This document shows, in pieces, positions 56,973 through 64,000 of a stretch of 64,000 bases of DNA; positions within the stretch are counted from its first letter, which is position 1; the number at the start of each line of letters is the position of its first letter. Made by a program: the position numbers and the translations under genes. The stretch is from an uncultured Rhodothermales bacterium (GTDB taxonomy: Bacteria > Bacteroidota > Rhodothermia > Rhodothermales > VXPQ01), in assembly GCA_964554105.1 (NCBI GenBank), contig CAZKNF010000004.1, forward strand, positions 38,195-102,194. The letters run 5' to 3'. The notes beneath the pieces are model-generated. The model searched no databases. It saw only the letters and a program-made list of their open reading frames with translations, and was not told the origin of the DNA.

Positions 56973-57434
56973 TTACTTGATCAGGGTGACTGTGCCGCCG
57001 GCCGCTTCTATTTTCTCCCTGGCCGACTTGCTGAATGCGTGCGCGGAAATTTTCAACGCCGCCGTAAGTTCGCCACCACCGAGGATTTTCACGAGCTCCG
57101 ATTTCCGAGCAATACCTGCCTCGACGAGGAGTGAAGGTGTGACCTCAAGAGAGTCGTCGATCATTTCGTCCTCGACCATCCTGGAGAGTCGCGACAGATT
57201 GACCGCACGATATTCTGTGCGGAATCGATTGTGGAAGCCGAACTTCGGAACGCGCCGCTGCAGAGGCATCTGACCTCCTTCAAACCAGGCGGGAATTTTT
57301 GCGCCGGCGCGGCTCTTCTGTCCCTTGTTTCCTTTCGTGGAGCTGTGGCCGCCGTACCCGGATCCCACCCCGCGTGCGATACGCTTCTTCTTTTGAGTCG
57401 AACCCTTAGCGGGTTTGAGATTACTTAAATCCAT
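56973..57434 (-). CDS. rplO: 50S ribosomal protein L15
   Basis: The start is at MDLSNLKPAKGS. Motif GRGVGSGYGGHSSTKGNKGQKSR. The ORF track begins at 57458. Confidence 0.95.
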   Translation of the reverse strand: MDLSNLKPAKGSTQKKKRIARGVGSGYGGHSSTKGNKGQKSRAGAKIPAWFEGGQMPLQRRVPKFGFHNRFRTEYRAVNLSRLSRMVEDEMIDDSLEVTPSLLVEAGIARKSELVKILGGGELTAALKISAHAFSKSAREKIEAAGGTVTLIK

Positions 57435-57529
57435 GTCTTCTGTCGCTATGACGCCCATCTCACGAGATGGACTCGCTGTTAAAATTACCGGATGCGAGAT
57501 ATCTGCTCAATCGCGCAGATGTCCCGCAC

Positions 57530-57712
57530 CTACTTCAGTTTCTCGACTTCGACCAGGTGTGTCACTTTCTCGAGCATGCCGCGAATCTGGGGCGTGTCAT
57601 CCTGCTCGACAGATTGGTGCATTCGCCTGATGCCCAGTGCTTCCAGCGATCGTCGTTGGCGCCGAGGAGATCCGATTACAGATTTTGTCTGCGTGATTTT
57701 AAGCTTTGCCAT
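57530..57712 (-). CDS. rpmD: 50S ribosomal protein L30
   Basis: The N-terminus reads MAKLKITQTKSVIGSPRRQRRSLEALGI. Confidence 0.95.
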   Translation of the reverse strand: MAKLKITQTKSVIGSPRRQRRSLEALGIRRMHQSVEQDDTPQIRGMLEKVTHLVEVEKLK

Positions 57713-57778
57713 GACGCTGCGTATGGTTTAAACAAGTTCAGTGGCACGAGCACCGTTCCTCCGAACTCGAAACTCTGA

Positions 57779-58306
57779 TTATCCTTCAAACACTTTCTTA
57801 AGGGGGATACCCCGACGTTTCGCTACTTCGAGCGGATCTTCGAGACGTTCGAGCGCATCCATCGTCGCCGCCACCTGATTATGTGGATTGCTCGATCCGA
57901 GGGATTTGGATAGTATGTCCCGGACACCCGCACACTCCAGCACGGCACGTACGCCACCACCGGCGATCACGCCTGTACCTGCTGCAGCGGGCTTCAGAAG
58001 CACCTTACCTGCATCTTGCCGTCCAACGACGGGGTGGGGAATTGATCCCTCTTTCAACGGAACGCGAACCAGATTCTTTTTCGCGTCGTCCGTGCCTTTC
58101 GAGATAGCATCAGCGACCTCGTTGGCTTTGCCGAGTCCTGCACCCACCGTTCCATTGCCGTCGCCAACAACGACGACCGCATTGAACGAAAATCGACGTC
58201 CCCCTTTAACAACTTTCGCTACTCGCGAAACGGATACAAGGCGTTCTTGCCAGTCCTGTCCTTCGCCGGCCTCACGTCTGCGACGATTCTTTCTTCCTTT
58301 CGCCAT
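57779..58306 (-). CDS. rpsE: 30S ribosomal protein S5
   Basis: Motif [29 protein letters not shown]. Confidence 0.97.
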   Translation of the reverse strand: MAKGRKNRRRREAGEGQDWQERLVSVSRVAKVVKGGRRFSFNAVVVVGDGNGTVGAGLGKANEVADAISKGTDDAKKNLVRVPLKEGSIPHPVVGRQDAGKVLLKPAAAGTGVIAGGGVRAVLECAGVRDILSKSLGSSNPHNQVAATMDALERLEDPLEVAKRRGIPLKKVFEG

Positions 58307-58349
58307 CTGAGTATTGCTTCAATGGATTCGTTAATTGCGGAGAGAATCG

Positions 58350-58703
58350 TTAGAGCTTGAGACCGGCTTCCCGAGCGCCTTCGGCAAGGGCGAGAACCCG
58401 GCCGTGATAGCGGTATCCGTTTCGATCGAACACGGCTTTGTCGATGCCTTGCTCCTTCGCACGTGCAGCGATACGTTCGCCGACCGTCTTGCTTACATCG
58501 ACAGGCTTCTTGTCATCCGCACTCTCTTCAAGGCTGGACGCTGCAGCCATCGTCCGACCTTCCCGATCGTCGATCAACTGTGCGTAAATATGCCGATTTG
58601 ATCGAAAGACCGTCAGTCGAGGACGTTCGGTCGTACCTTCGATCTTGCCCCGTATGCCACGCTTCACTCGTGCGCGTCGCTCTTGCTTCTTGTTCCTTGC
58701 CAT
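58350..58703 (-). CDS. rplR: 50S ribosomal protein L18
   Basis: Motifs [20 protein letters not shown] and [11 protein letters not shown]. Confidence 0.97.
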   Translation of the reverse strand: MARNKKQERRARVKRGIRGKIEGTTERPRLTVFRSNRHIYAQLIDDREGRTMAAASSLEESADDKKPVDVSKTVGERIAARAKEQGIDKAVFDRNGYRYHGRVLALAEGAREAGLKL

Positions 58704-58741
58704 GATGTCGTTTAATTCTCGTTGGCCGATGTCGGCACTGT

Positions 58742-59296
58742 CTATCGAGCCGCTGTCTTGCCCGCCTTACGACGGACGTATTCATCTACATATCGGACGC
58801 CCTTTCCTTTGTAAGGCTCCGGCGGACGCAGGCCGCGAATCTTTGCAGCAACCTGACCGACCATTTGTTTATCCGAGCCATCGATTACGATGACCGGATT
58901 CTTTCCGCGCTTTGCGTCGACATCAATGGTAATACCCTTCGGTGGCACGAAGTAAATCGGATGCGAAAAACCGAGCGCGAGCTCGAGAACGCCGTTGCTA
59001 ATAGCTGCTCGATACCCGACGCCTATCACTTCGAGCTCCTTTCGATATCCTTCCGTGACGCCGACGACGGCATTATCGATCAGCGACCGATAGAGCCCAT
59101 GCCCCGACTTATGTCGTTTCTGATCACTGGGACGCGAGACGAGCACATGCCCGTTCTCAAGTTTAACGGTCATCTCCGGATCAATTTGAACCGAGATTTC
59201 TCCTCGAGGACCCTTTACTGTGACCAGATTGTTCGCAGCGACGTCCACCGAAACTTTGTCGCCGATCTCAATCGGCTGATTGCCAATACGAGACAT
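58742..59296 (-). CDS. rplF: 50S ribosomal protein L6
   Basis: Motifs MSRIGNQPI and GVGYRA. Confidence 0.97.
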   Translation of the reverse strand: MSRIGNQPIEIGDKVSVDVAANNLVTVKGPRGEISVQIDPEMTVKLENGHVLVSRPSDQKRHKSGHGLYRSLIDNAVVGVTEGYRKELEVIGVGYRAAISNGVLELALGFSHPIYFVPPKGITIDVDAKRGKNPVIVIDGSDKQMVGQVAAKIRGLRPPEPYKGKGVRYVDEYVRRKAGKTAAR

Positions 59297-59347
59297 TTTC
59301 TTATTTCCAGTTAGGTCTGAACTCCTGACGATCTTGCAGCGGACGCC

Positions 59348-59749
59348 CTAATAAACGTACGCAAGTACTTCGCCGCCCACATGAACCCGTCGGGCTTCCT
59401 TGTCCGTCATCATGCCGCGCGAGGTTGAAAGGATGGCGACGCCAAGACCGTTTTTCACGCGGGGCAAGTCATCTGCACTGACGTACCGGCGAAGCCCCGG
59501 AGTTGAAACGCGCTCCAGCATGTGGATGACAGGCGTGCCTTCCACATCGTACTTCAGGTAGACGCGCAGCAAGCCTTGTTTGCCGTCGTCGATATTTAAA
59601 TAATTACGGATGTACCCTTTCTCGAGCAAGATCTGCGTGAGTGCACGCTTCTGCTTCGAGGCGGGAATATCCGCGAACTTATGATTAGCCCGCTGCGCAT
59701 TCCGAATGCGCGCCAGGTAATCCGCCACTGGATCTGTTATTCCACTCAT
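59348..59749 (-). CDS. rpsH: 30S ribosomal protein S8
   Basis: The start is at MSGITDPVADYLARIRNA (59749). The ORF track extends upstream to 59929, into rpsN. Confidence 0.95.
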   Translation of the reverse strand: MSGITDPVADYLARIRNAQRANHKFADIPASKQKRALTQILLEKGYIRNYLNIDDGKQGLLRVYLKYDVEGTPVIHMLERVSTPGLRRYVSADDLPRVKNGLGVAILSTSRGMMTDKEARRVHVGGEVLAYVY

Positions 59750-59846
59750 ATCGTGTTCATTATCTGTTTCGCTGCCCCGCAGCCATTGCTCACACGTCGC
59801 AGGGCGGAGGAGAAGTTTCGATGTCGGTACGCCACAAACTTCCGCC

Positions 59847-60116
59847 CTACCAGCTCGCTTTCCTGACGCCCGGAATTTTACCTGCCAATGCCATTTCCCG
59901 GAAGACAATGCGCGAGACTCCGAAGTCACGCACGAATCCTCGCGTGCGGCCGGTAAGCGGACAGCGATTATTGAGTCGTACGGGGCTCGAATCGCGCGGG
60001 AGCTTTTGGAGTCCCACCCAATCGCCTTCTTCTTTCAGCTTGCGACGTCTATCAGCGTACTGCGCAACGAGGCGTCGACGCTTCTTCTCGCGAGCCATCC
60101 AACTTTTCTTAGCCAT
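59847..60116 (-). CDS. rpsN: 30S ribosomal protein S14 (long, non-zinc type)
   Basis: Motifs [17 protein letters not shown] and [11 protein letters not shown]. Confidence 0.97.
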   Translation of the reverse strand: MAKKSWMAREKKRRRLVAQYADRRRKLKEEGDWVGLQKLPRDSSPVRLNNRCPLTGRTRGFVRDFGVSRIVFREMALAGKIPGVRKASW

Positions 60117-60152
60117 ATAATCTTTCGTCTCTCAATTACAAACAAACAGTCG

Positions 60153-60734
60153 TTATGCGGCAGCCGAGTCCTCAGTCTGAGTTTCTCGACGAAAAAAGGG
60201 CATGCCGAGTGCCTTCAACAATGCGTACGCCTCCTCATCGCTTTCTGCCGTCGTCACAATCGTCACATCCATTCCATTGACTCGATCCACCTTCTCCATG
60301 TTGATTTCCGGAAAGATGATCTGCTCCTTTACACCGAGCGTGTAGTTCCCACGTCCATCGAAGCTTCGATCGGGAACGCCGCGAAAGTCGCGCACGCGCG
60401 GCAATGCGAGCGTGATGAGCCGATCCAGGAATTCATACATCCTGGCGCCCCTGAGCGTAACAAAACAGCCGATCGGCATGCCTTGCCGAAGCTTAAAGTT
60501 CGAAACGCTCTGTCGAGCCTTGGTAATGGCGGGATGCTGCCCCGTAATACGTCGGACCTCATCCACCGCACCATCGAGGACCTTCTGATTCTCGGCGGCT
60601 TCACCGACTCCCTTATTGAGTACGACTTTCTCAATGAGTGGCACTTCCATGACGTTGCTGTACTCGAACTGCTTTCTCAGTTCGGGAATGACCTCGTCTT
60701 GGTACTTCTTTCTGAGTCTAGGTATGTAAGCCAT
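60153..60734 (-). CDS. rplE: 50S ribosomal protein L5
   Basis: Motifs [15 protein letters not shown] and [20 protein letters not shown]. Confidence 0.97.
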   Translation of the reverse strand: MAYIPRLRKKYQDEVIPELRKQFEYSNVMEVPLIEKVVLNKGVGEAAENQKVLDGAVDEVRRITGQHPAITKARQSVSNFKLRQGMPIGCFVTLRGARMYEFLDRLITLALPRVRDFRGVPDRSFDGRGNYTLGVKEQIIFPEINMEKVDRVNGMDVTIVTTAESDEEAYALLKALGMPFFRRETQTEDSAAA

Positions 60735-60908
60735 CGTTCAGGAGGCGGAAATATGTATAAGTTCAAGGCAGAAGCTGCAACCTATCTAAACGGCAGCTCC
60801 CTTTTGTAGATTCAGTAAATACAGGTACATACGGTGGAACACACACTGTCTTCATGTGCCCGCCAGCATCGCAGACCGTTCGCAAGCGCTCATCGACTCG
60901 AACGGTGA

Positions 60909-61265
60909 TCATACGTCCAGTTCCTCCCCTGTAGTCTTGGCATACCGGATCCATTGTCCACGTCCGGTTTCGGGGTCTTCGATACGTTTTCGACCCGTAC
61001 GCGTCGGCTCACCATTCGAGTCAAGAGGCATCACATTTGATGCGTGAATCGGCACCTCCTTCTCAATGCGCCCGCCTTGAGGATTCGCTGCACTAGGTTT
61101 GGTGTGATGAAACCGCAGGTTCACCCCTTCTACGATCACGCGCTCCTTCTCCGGGAAGACAACCAGGACTTTGCCCTCTGCGCCTTTGTAGTTCCCAGCA
61201 AGGACGCGGACGCGATCACCTTTCTTTACGTGGAGCTTTCGCTGCTTGTTGTATTTTCGAGGCAT
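60909..61265 (-). CDS. rplX: 50S ribosomal protein L24
   Basis: Motifs [22 protein letters not shown] and IHASNVMPL. Confidence 0.95.
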   Translation of the reverse strand: MPRKYNKQRKLHVKKGDRVRVLAGNYKGAEGKVLVVFPEKERVIVEGVNLRFHHTKPSAANPQGGRIEKEVPIHASNVMPLDSNGEPTRTGRKRIEDPETGRGQWIRYAKTTGEELDV

Positions 61266-61373
61266 GATGTGCTCGGTGTTCGGTCTTCAATTCAGAGTTC
61301 AGCGAATCAATTCGGAGCTTTGTAAACTGGAGCTCTCGTTTATGCTGAACAGCGTAATATTGGTCGCGCCGAC

Positions 61374-61742
61374 TTAAAGGACTTCCGGTGCGAGGGAGAC
61401 GATGCGCATGAACTGCCTTTCCCGCAGTTCGCGAGCGACAGGGCCGAAAATACGCGTCCCACGCGGCTCGTCCTGTGCGTTGAGCAGCACCGCCGCATTT
61501 TCATCAAACCGAATATAGGAGCCGTCCTTTCGCCGAAACTCCTTTCTTGTTCGTACGACAACGGCAGGTGAAACTTCACCTTTTTTCACAGCACCGCCAG
61601 GTATGGCCGACTTCACGGACACGATGATTTTGTCACCGATTCTAGCGTATCGTCGGCCGCTGCCGCCGAGAACACGAATACAGAGCACCTCTTTGGCGCC
61701 GCTGTTGTCGGCAACGGAAAGTCTCGATTCTTGCTGAATCAT
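61374..61742 (-). CDS. rplN: 50S ribosomal protein L14
   Basis: The N-terminus reads [27 protein letters not shown]. Confidence 0.98.
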   Translation of the reverse strand: MIQQESRLSVADNSGAKEVLCIRVLGGSGRRYARIGDKIIVSVKSAIPGGAVKKGEVSPAVVVRTRKEFRRKDGSYIRFDENAAVLLNAQDEPRGTRIFGPVARELRERQFMRIVSLAPEVL

Positions 61743-61871
61743 GGCTCGTCTATTCTAGCACCTATATAGAGTGGTGCGTTGTCAAAAGTTGTGTGTGTTT
61801 TCGCTTCTCCGTGGGCGAATGGCGACATCGAACGTCGTAGATCTTCCCGATTCTCGCTTGTGGATCCGCGT

Positions 61872-62147
61872 CTATTTCGCCCGCTCGACGATTTCCGTCA
61901 GACGCCAGCGTTTGTTCTTGCTTATAGGTCTCGTTTCCATGATTCGCACGGTATCACCTTCATTCGCTTCATCGGCCTCATCATGCGCCATCAGTTTGGT
62001 GGTACGCTTGATGAACTTCCCATAGATCGGGTGCTGAATCTGACGCTGCACAGCAACGAGAATGCTCTTCTCCATCTTGCTGCTGACTACGATGCCGACG
62101 CGCTCTTTCCGCGTCGTCACGCGCTGTGCTGTTTCCTTAGCTTCCAT
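61872..62147 (-). CDS. rpsQ: 30S ribosomal protein S17
   Basis: Motifs [20 protein letters not shown] and [13 protein letters not shown]. Confidence 0.97.
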   Translation of the reverse strand: MEAKETAQRVTTRKERVGIVVSSKMEKSILVAVQRQIQHPIYGKFIKRTTKLMAHDEADEANEGDTVRIMETRPISKNKRWRLTEIVERAK

Positions 62148-62199
62148 CTTTCATAAACTCGTTCTACTCTCCCGATCTCAAAATTGAGTTTTGAATGCC

Positions 62200-62406
62200 T
62201 TATGTATCTATGCCCTTCCGCTCGTTCTCACTCAGAATCGTTCGCAATCGTGCCACCAGCTTACGTTTCTCACGAAGCAGCATCGGATTTTCGATGTGCG
62301 CTATCGCGTGTTGAAAGCGGAGCTGCCGAAGCTGGTCCTCTTCCTCGTCAATGCGAGAACGGATTTCCTCGTTGCCTAACTCTCTAATCTCTTTAGCCTT
62401 TAACAT
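62200..62406 (-). CDS. rpmC: 50S ribosomal protein L29
   Basis: The N-terminus reads MLKAKEIRELGNEEIRSRIDEEEDQLRQLRFQ. Confidence 0.95.
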   Translation of the reverse strand: MLKAKEIRELGNEEIRSRIDEEEDQLRQLRFQHAIAHIENPMLLREKRKLVARLRTILSENERKGIDT

Positions 62407-62436
62407 GTTGACTCACAGTCTTAAAGTCGGTACCCG

Positions 62437-62880
62437 CTACCGCTTGCCTACCACTTCGGCAGCCTTGTAGTCAGGTCGTACGACAAACTTTGTTCGAATG
62501 GGGAGCTTGTGCTGCGCCAGACGAAGCGCTTCACGTGCAAGCTCCTCAGAAATACCACCGCCAATTTCGAATAGGACGCGACCCGGCCGAACCGGTGCGA
62601 CCCAGAACTCGGGTGAGCCTTTCCCTTTGCCCATACGAGTCTCGGCCGGCTTTTTCGTAATTGGCTTATCCGGAAAAATTCGAATCCAGACTTTGCCGAC
62701 GCGCTTCATGCGCCGCGTCATCGCGATCCGGGCCGCTTCAATCTGGCGACTGGTAATCCGTCCAGGCTCCAGTGCTTTCAGTCCGAAATCACCGAAGTTT
62801 ACGCGCGTTCCTCGCGTCGCATTCCCTTTAATGCGACCCTTCTGATACTTGCGAAATTTCGTGCGTTTGGGCATTAACAT
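62437..62880 (-). CDS. rplP: 50S ribosomal protein L16
   Basis: Motifs [14 protein letters not shown] and [12 protein letters not shown]. Confidence 0.97.
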   Translation of the reverse strand: MLMPKRTKFRKYQKGRIKGNATRGTRVNFGDFGLKALEPGRITSRQIEAARIAMTRRMKRVGKVWIRIFPDKPITKKPAETRMGKGKGSPEFWVAPVRPGRVLFEIGGGISEELAREALRLAQHKLPIRTKFVVRPDYKAAEVVGKR

Positions 62881-62935
62881 GGGATTACCCTTCTATTAAC
62901 TAACTGATCATTGTCTCTATGAGAAAAGCGCCGCC

Positions 62936-63694
62936 TTATGACGAGCGCTTTCCCCGACCTCCTCCCCTTCCGCCACCGCCTCCACGACCACGGCGCTTCC
63001 GGGCGGGGGGTTGTGTCTGCTGCTGCATCTGCTGACGCTGTGCCTGTACATTTGGGCTGAGATCTGGCTTGCCTAGAATCTCGCCTCGATAGATCCAGGC
63101 TTTCACGCCCGTGGTGCCGTAGATCGTGAATGCCGTGGCCTGCGCATAATCGATGTCAGCGCGAATCGTGTGCAGCGGGACACGGCCTTCGAGGTACTGC
63201 TCTGTGCGGCCCATCTCAGCACCGCCGAGGCGGCCCGAAACACGAATGCGGATTCCCTCTGCACCCATGCGCATGGCGGCAGTAATTGCCTGCTTCATGG
63301 CGCGTCGGAATGATACACGGCCCTCCAGCTGCTGCGCGATATTCTGTGCGACCAGGCTCGCATCGAGCTCAGGACGCTTTATCTCGCTGATATTTATCTG
63401 AATATCTTTGTTCGTGAGCTTTTTCAGCTCCTCACGCAGTTTCTCTACCTCGCTGCCACCACGCCCGATTACTACACCGGGACGACTCGTGTGCAGCGTG
63501 AGGATAACTCGCTTCGGAGTACGCTCGATAACACACCGGCTCAGCCCCGCGCGCTTTAAACGCGCGGCTAAATACCGACGAATTTCTTCGTCCTCGACGA
63601 GTTTCTCCGGAAGATCCTGCTCAGCATACCAGTTGGAATCCCAACCGCGAATAATGCCCAGACGAAAGCCGACTGGATGCGTTTTTTGACCCAA
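62936..63694 (-). CDS. rpsC: 30S ribosomal protein S3 with a Gln-rich plus RGG-rich C-terminal tail
   Basis: The core begins (M)[12 protein letters not shown], encoded from a TTG start. The C-terminus reads [34 protein letters not shown]. Confidence 0.97.
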   Translation of the reverse strand: MGQKTHPVGFRLGIIRGWDSNWYAEQDLPEKLVEDEEIRRYLAARLKRAGLSRCVIERTPKRVILTLHTSRPGVVIGRGGSEVEKLREELKKLTNKDIQINISEIKRPELDASLVAQNIAQQLEGRVSFRRAMKQAITAAMRMGAEGIRIRVSGRLGGAEMGRTEQYLEGRVPLHTIRADIDYAQATAFTIYGTTGVKAWIYRGEILGKPDLSPNVQAQRQQMQQQTQPPARKRRGRGGGGGRGGGRGKRSS

Positions 63695-63759
63695 TGTCTT
63701 ATCCCTTACGTTTAAGTATATCTCTCAAATTTTCTATCGTCCTTGGCGCGCCTACCTTT

Positions 63760-64000
63760 TCACTCCTCAACGATCTCCTCGGAAGCGGTGCCTACTACCA
63801 CGGTCAGATGGCACGTGCGTTTCTGAATCGGATGCGCGCGTCCTCGTGGTGCAGGTCGAAAGCGCTTGAAGCGAGGGCCATCGTCGACGCGTATTTCTCG
63901 AACAATGAGTTCGCCTTCGTCCAGCCGTTCGTCCGGATTCTGGTCCATCAAGTTGTAGACCGCCGAGTGGATTGCAAGTTCAATCGGGCGCGTGGCCTTG
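63760..64000 (-). CDS. rplV: 50S ribosomal protein L22, C-terminal part. The gene continues past the right edge, and there is an apparent 1-nt frame discontinuity near 63961-63963.
   Basis: The sequence VDDGPRFKRFRPAPRGRAHPIQKRTCHLTVVV is the L22 C-terminal core. The last 40 nt of the window read KATRPIELAIHSA in a different frame from VYNLMDQN (see findings). Confidence 0.85.
   Translation of the reverse strand, partial: KATRPIELAIHSAVYNLMDQNPDERLDEGELIVREIRVDDGPRFKRFRPAPRGRAHPIQKRTCHLTVVVGTASEEIVEE

Noticed and set aside
61760-61800. A TTGACA hexamer in the rpsQ-rplN spacer was considered as an internal sigma-70-type promoter for the spc operon.
   Set aside because: The candidate -10 elements (TATATA, TAGAAT) sit at spacings of about 11 and 22 nt from the -35, not 16-18 nt. 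FCB-group organisms also use a different promoter consensus. The hexamer is therefore not annotated as a promoter.
1-64000. I looked for rRNA, tRNA, tmRNA, CRISPR arrays, transposases or integrases, phage genes, toxin-antitoxin pairs and known defence-system hallmarks (nucleases, helicases, STAND/AAA ATPases, reverse transcriptases).
   Set aside because: None was found. No T-loop-type GGTTCGAATCC motif lies in an intergenic context. No spaced direct-repeat arrays are present. No product carries a DDE, tyrosine-recombinase or defence-type motif. The only repeats are the (CCGTG)x4 microsatellite, the intragenic protein repeats at 26.7-28.5 kb, and the paralogous genes.

Overview
This 64-kb window comes from a moderately GC-rich bacterial chromosome. 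The lineage looks FCB-group-like (Bacteroidota/Rhodothermota/Balneolota), an inference from three things: a CarboxypepD_reg-type TonB-dependent receptor, a Cys-less L36, and secY followed directly by map without adk. About 70 genes are present and almost all lie on the minus strand.

Content by region:
- 1-20.1 kb: one co-directional cell-surface glycan locus. It combines an ABC-transporter (Wzm/Wzt) polysaccharide pathway (five GT2 enzymes, a CE4 deacetylase, a SAM methyltransferase and a pyruvyl transferase) with a polyprenol-phosphate-sugar/GT-C module. That module holds a DPM1/ArnC-like GT2, a UPF0104 flippase-like protein, two UGM-like FAD enzymes, a GT39-like protein, two tandem GT87/DUF2029-like proteins, and one unassignable His-motif membrane protein.
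- 20.5-24 kb: a translationally coupled M28 peptidase, M20 amidohydrolase and lipoprotein operon.
- 24-36.9 kb: housekeeping genes (nifU-like, mrp, prmA, ubiE, pfkA, aat, and others). These are interrupted by a secreted protein with four ~115-aa repeats and no family I recognise, transcribed divergently from a membrane-GAF-PP2C / STAS / anti-sigma-kinase partner-switching module that has no sigma factor.
- 36.9-44.5 kb: an M23 peptidase and a metal (probably zinc) acquisition locus. Its parts are a His/Cys-motif membrane protein, a His-rich lipoprotein, a TonB receptor, ZnuA/C/B, and a small membrane protein carrying a pneumococcal-type histidine-triad motif.
- 44.5-50.6 kb: def, ruvX, an HU-like gene, rel and an orphan PAS histidine kinase.
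- 50.7-64 kb: the alpha/spc/S10 ribosomal protein operons (rplQ back to a partial rplV).

I found no rRNA, tRNA, CRISPR array, transposase or integrase, and no recognisable defence genes.

The candidates I consider most novel are the GT-C decoration module with its unknown membrane component, the four-repeat secreted protein beside the partner-switching module, and the extended metal-uptake locus. None of these can be proven from sequence alone. Smaller oddities are also reported: infA is missing from its usual slot between map and rpmJ, rplV shows an apparent 1-nt frame break at the window edge, and the ribosomal operon spacers are structured.
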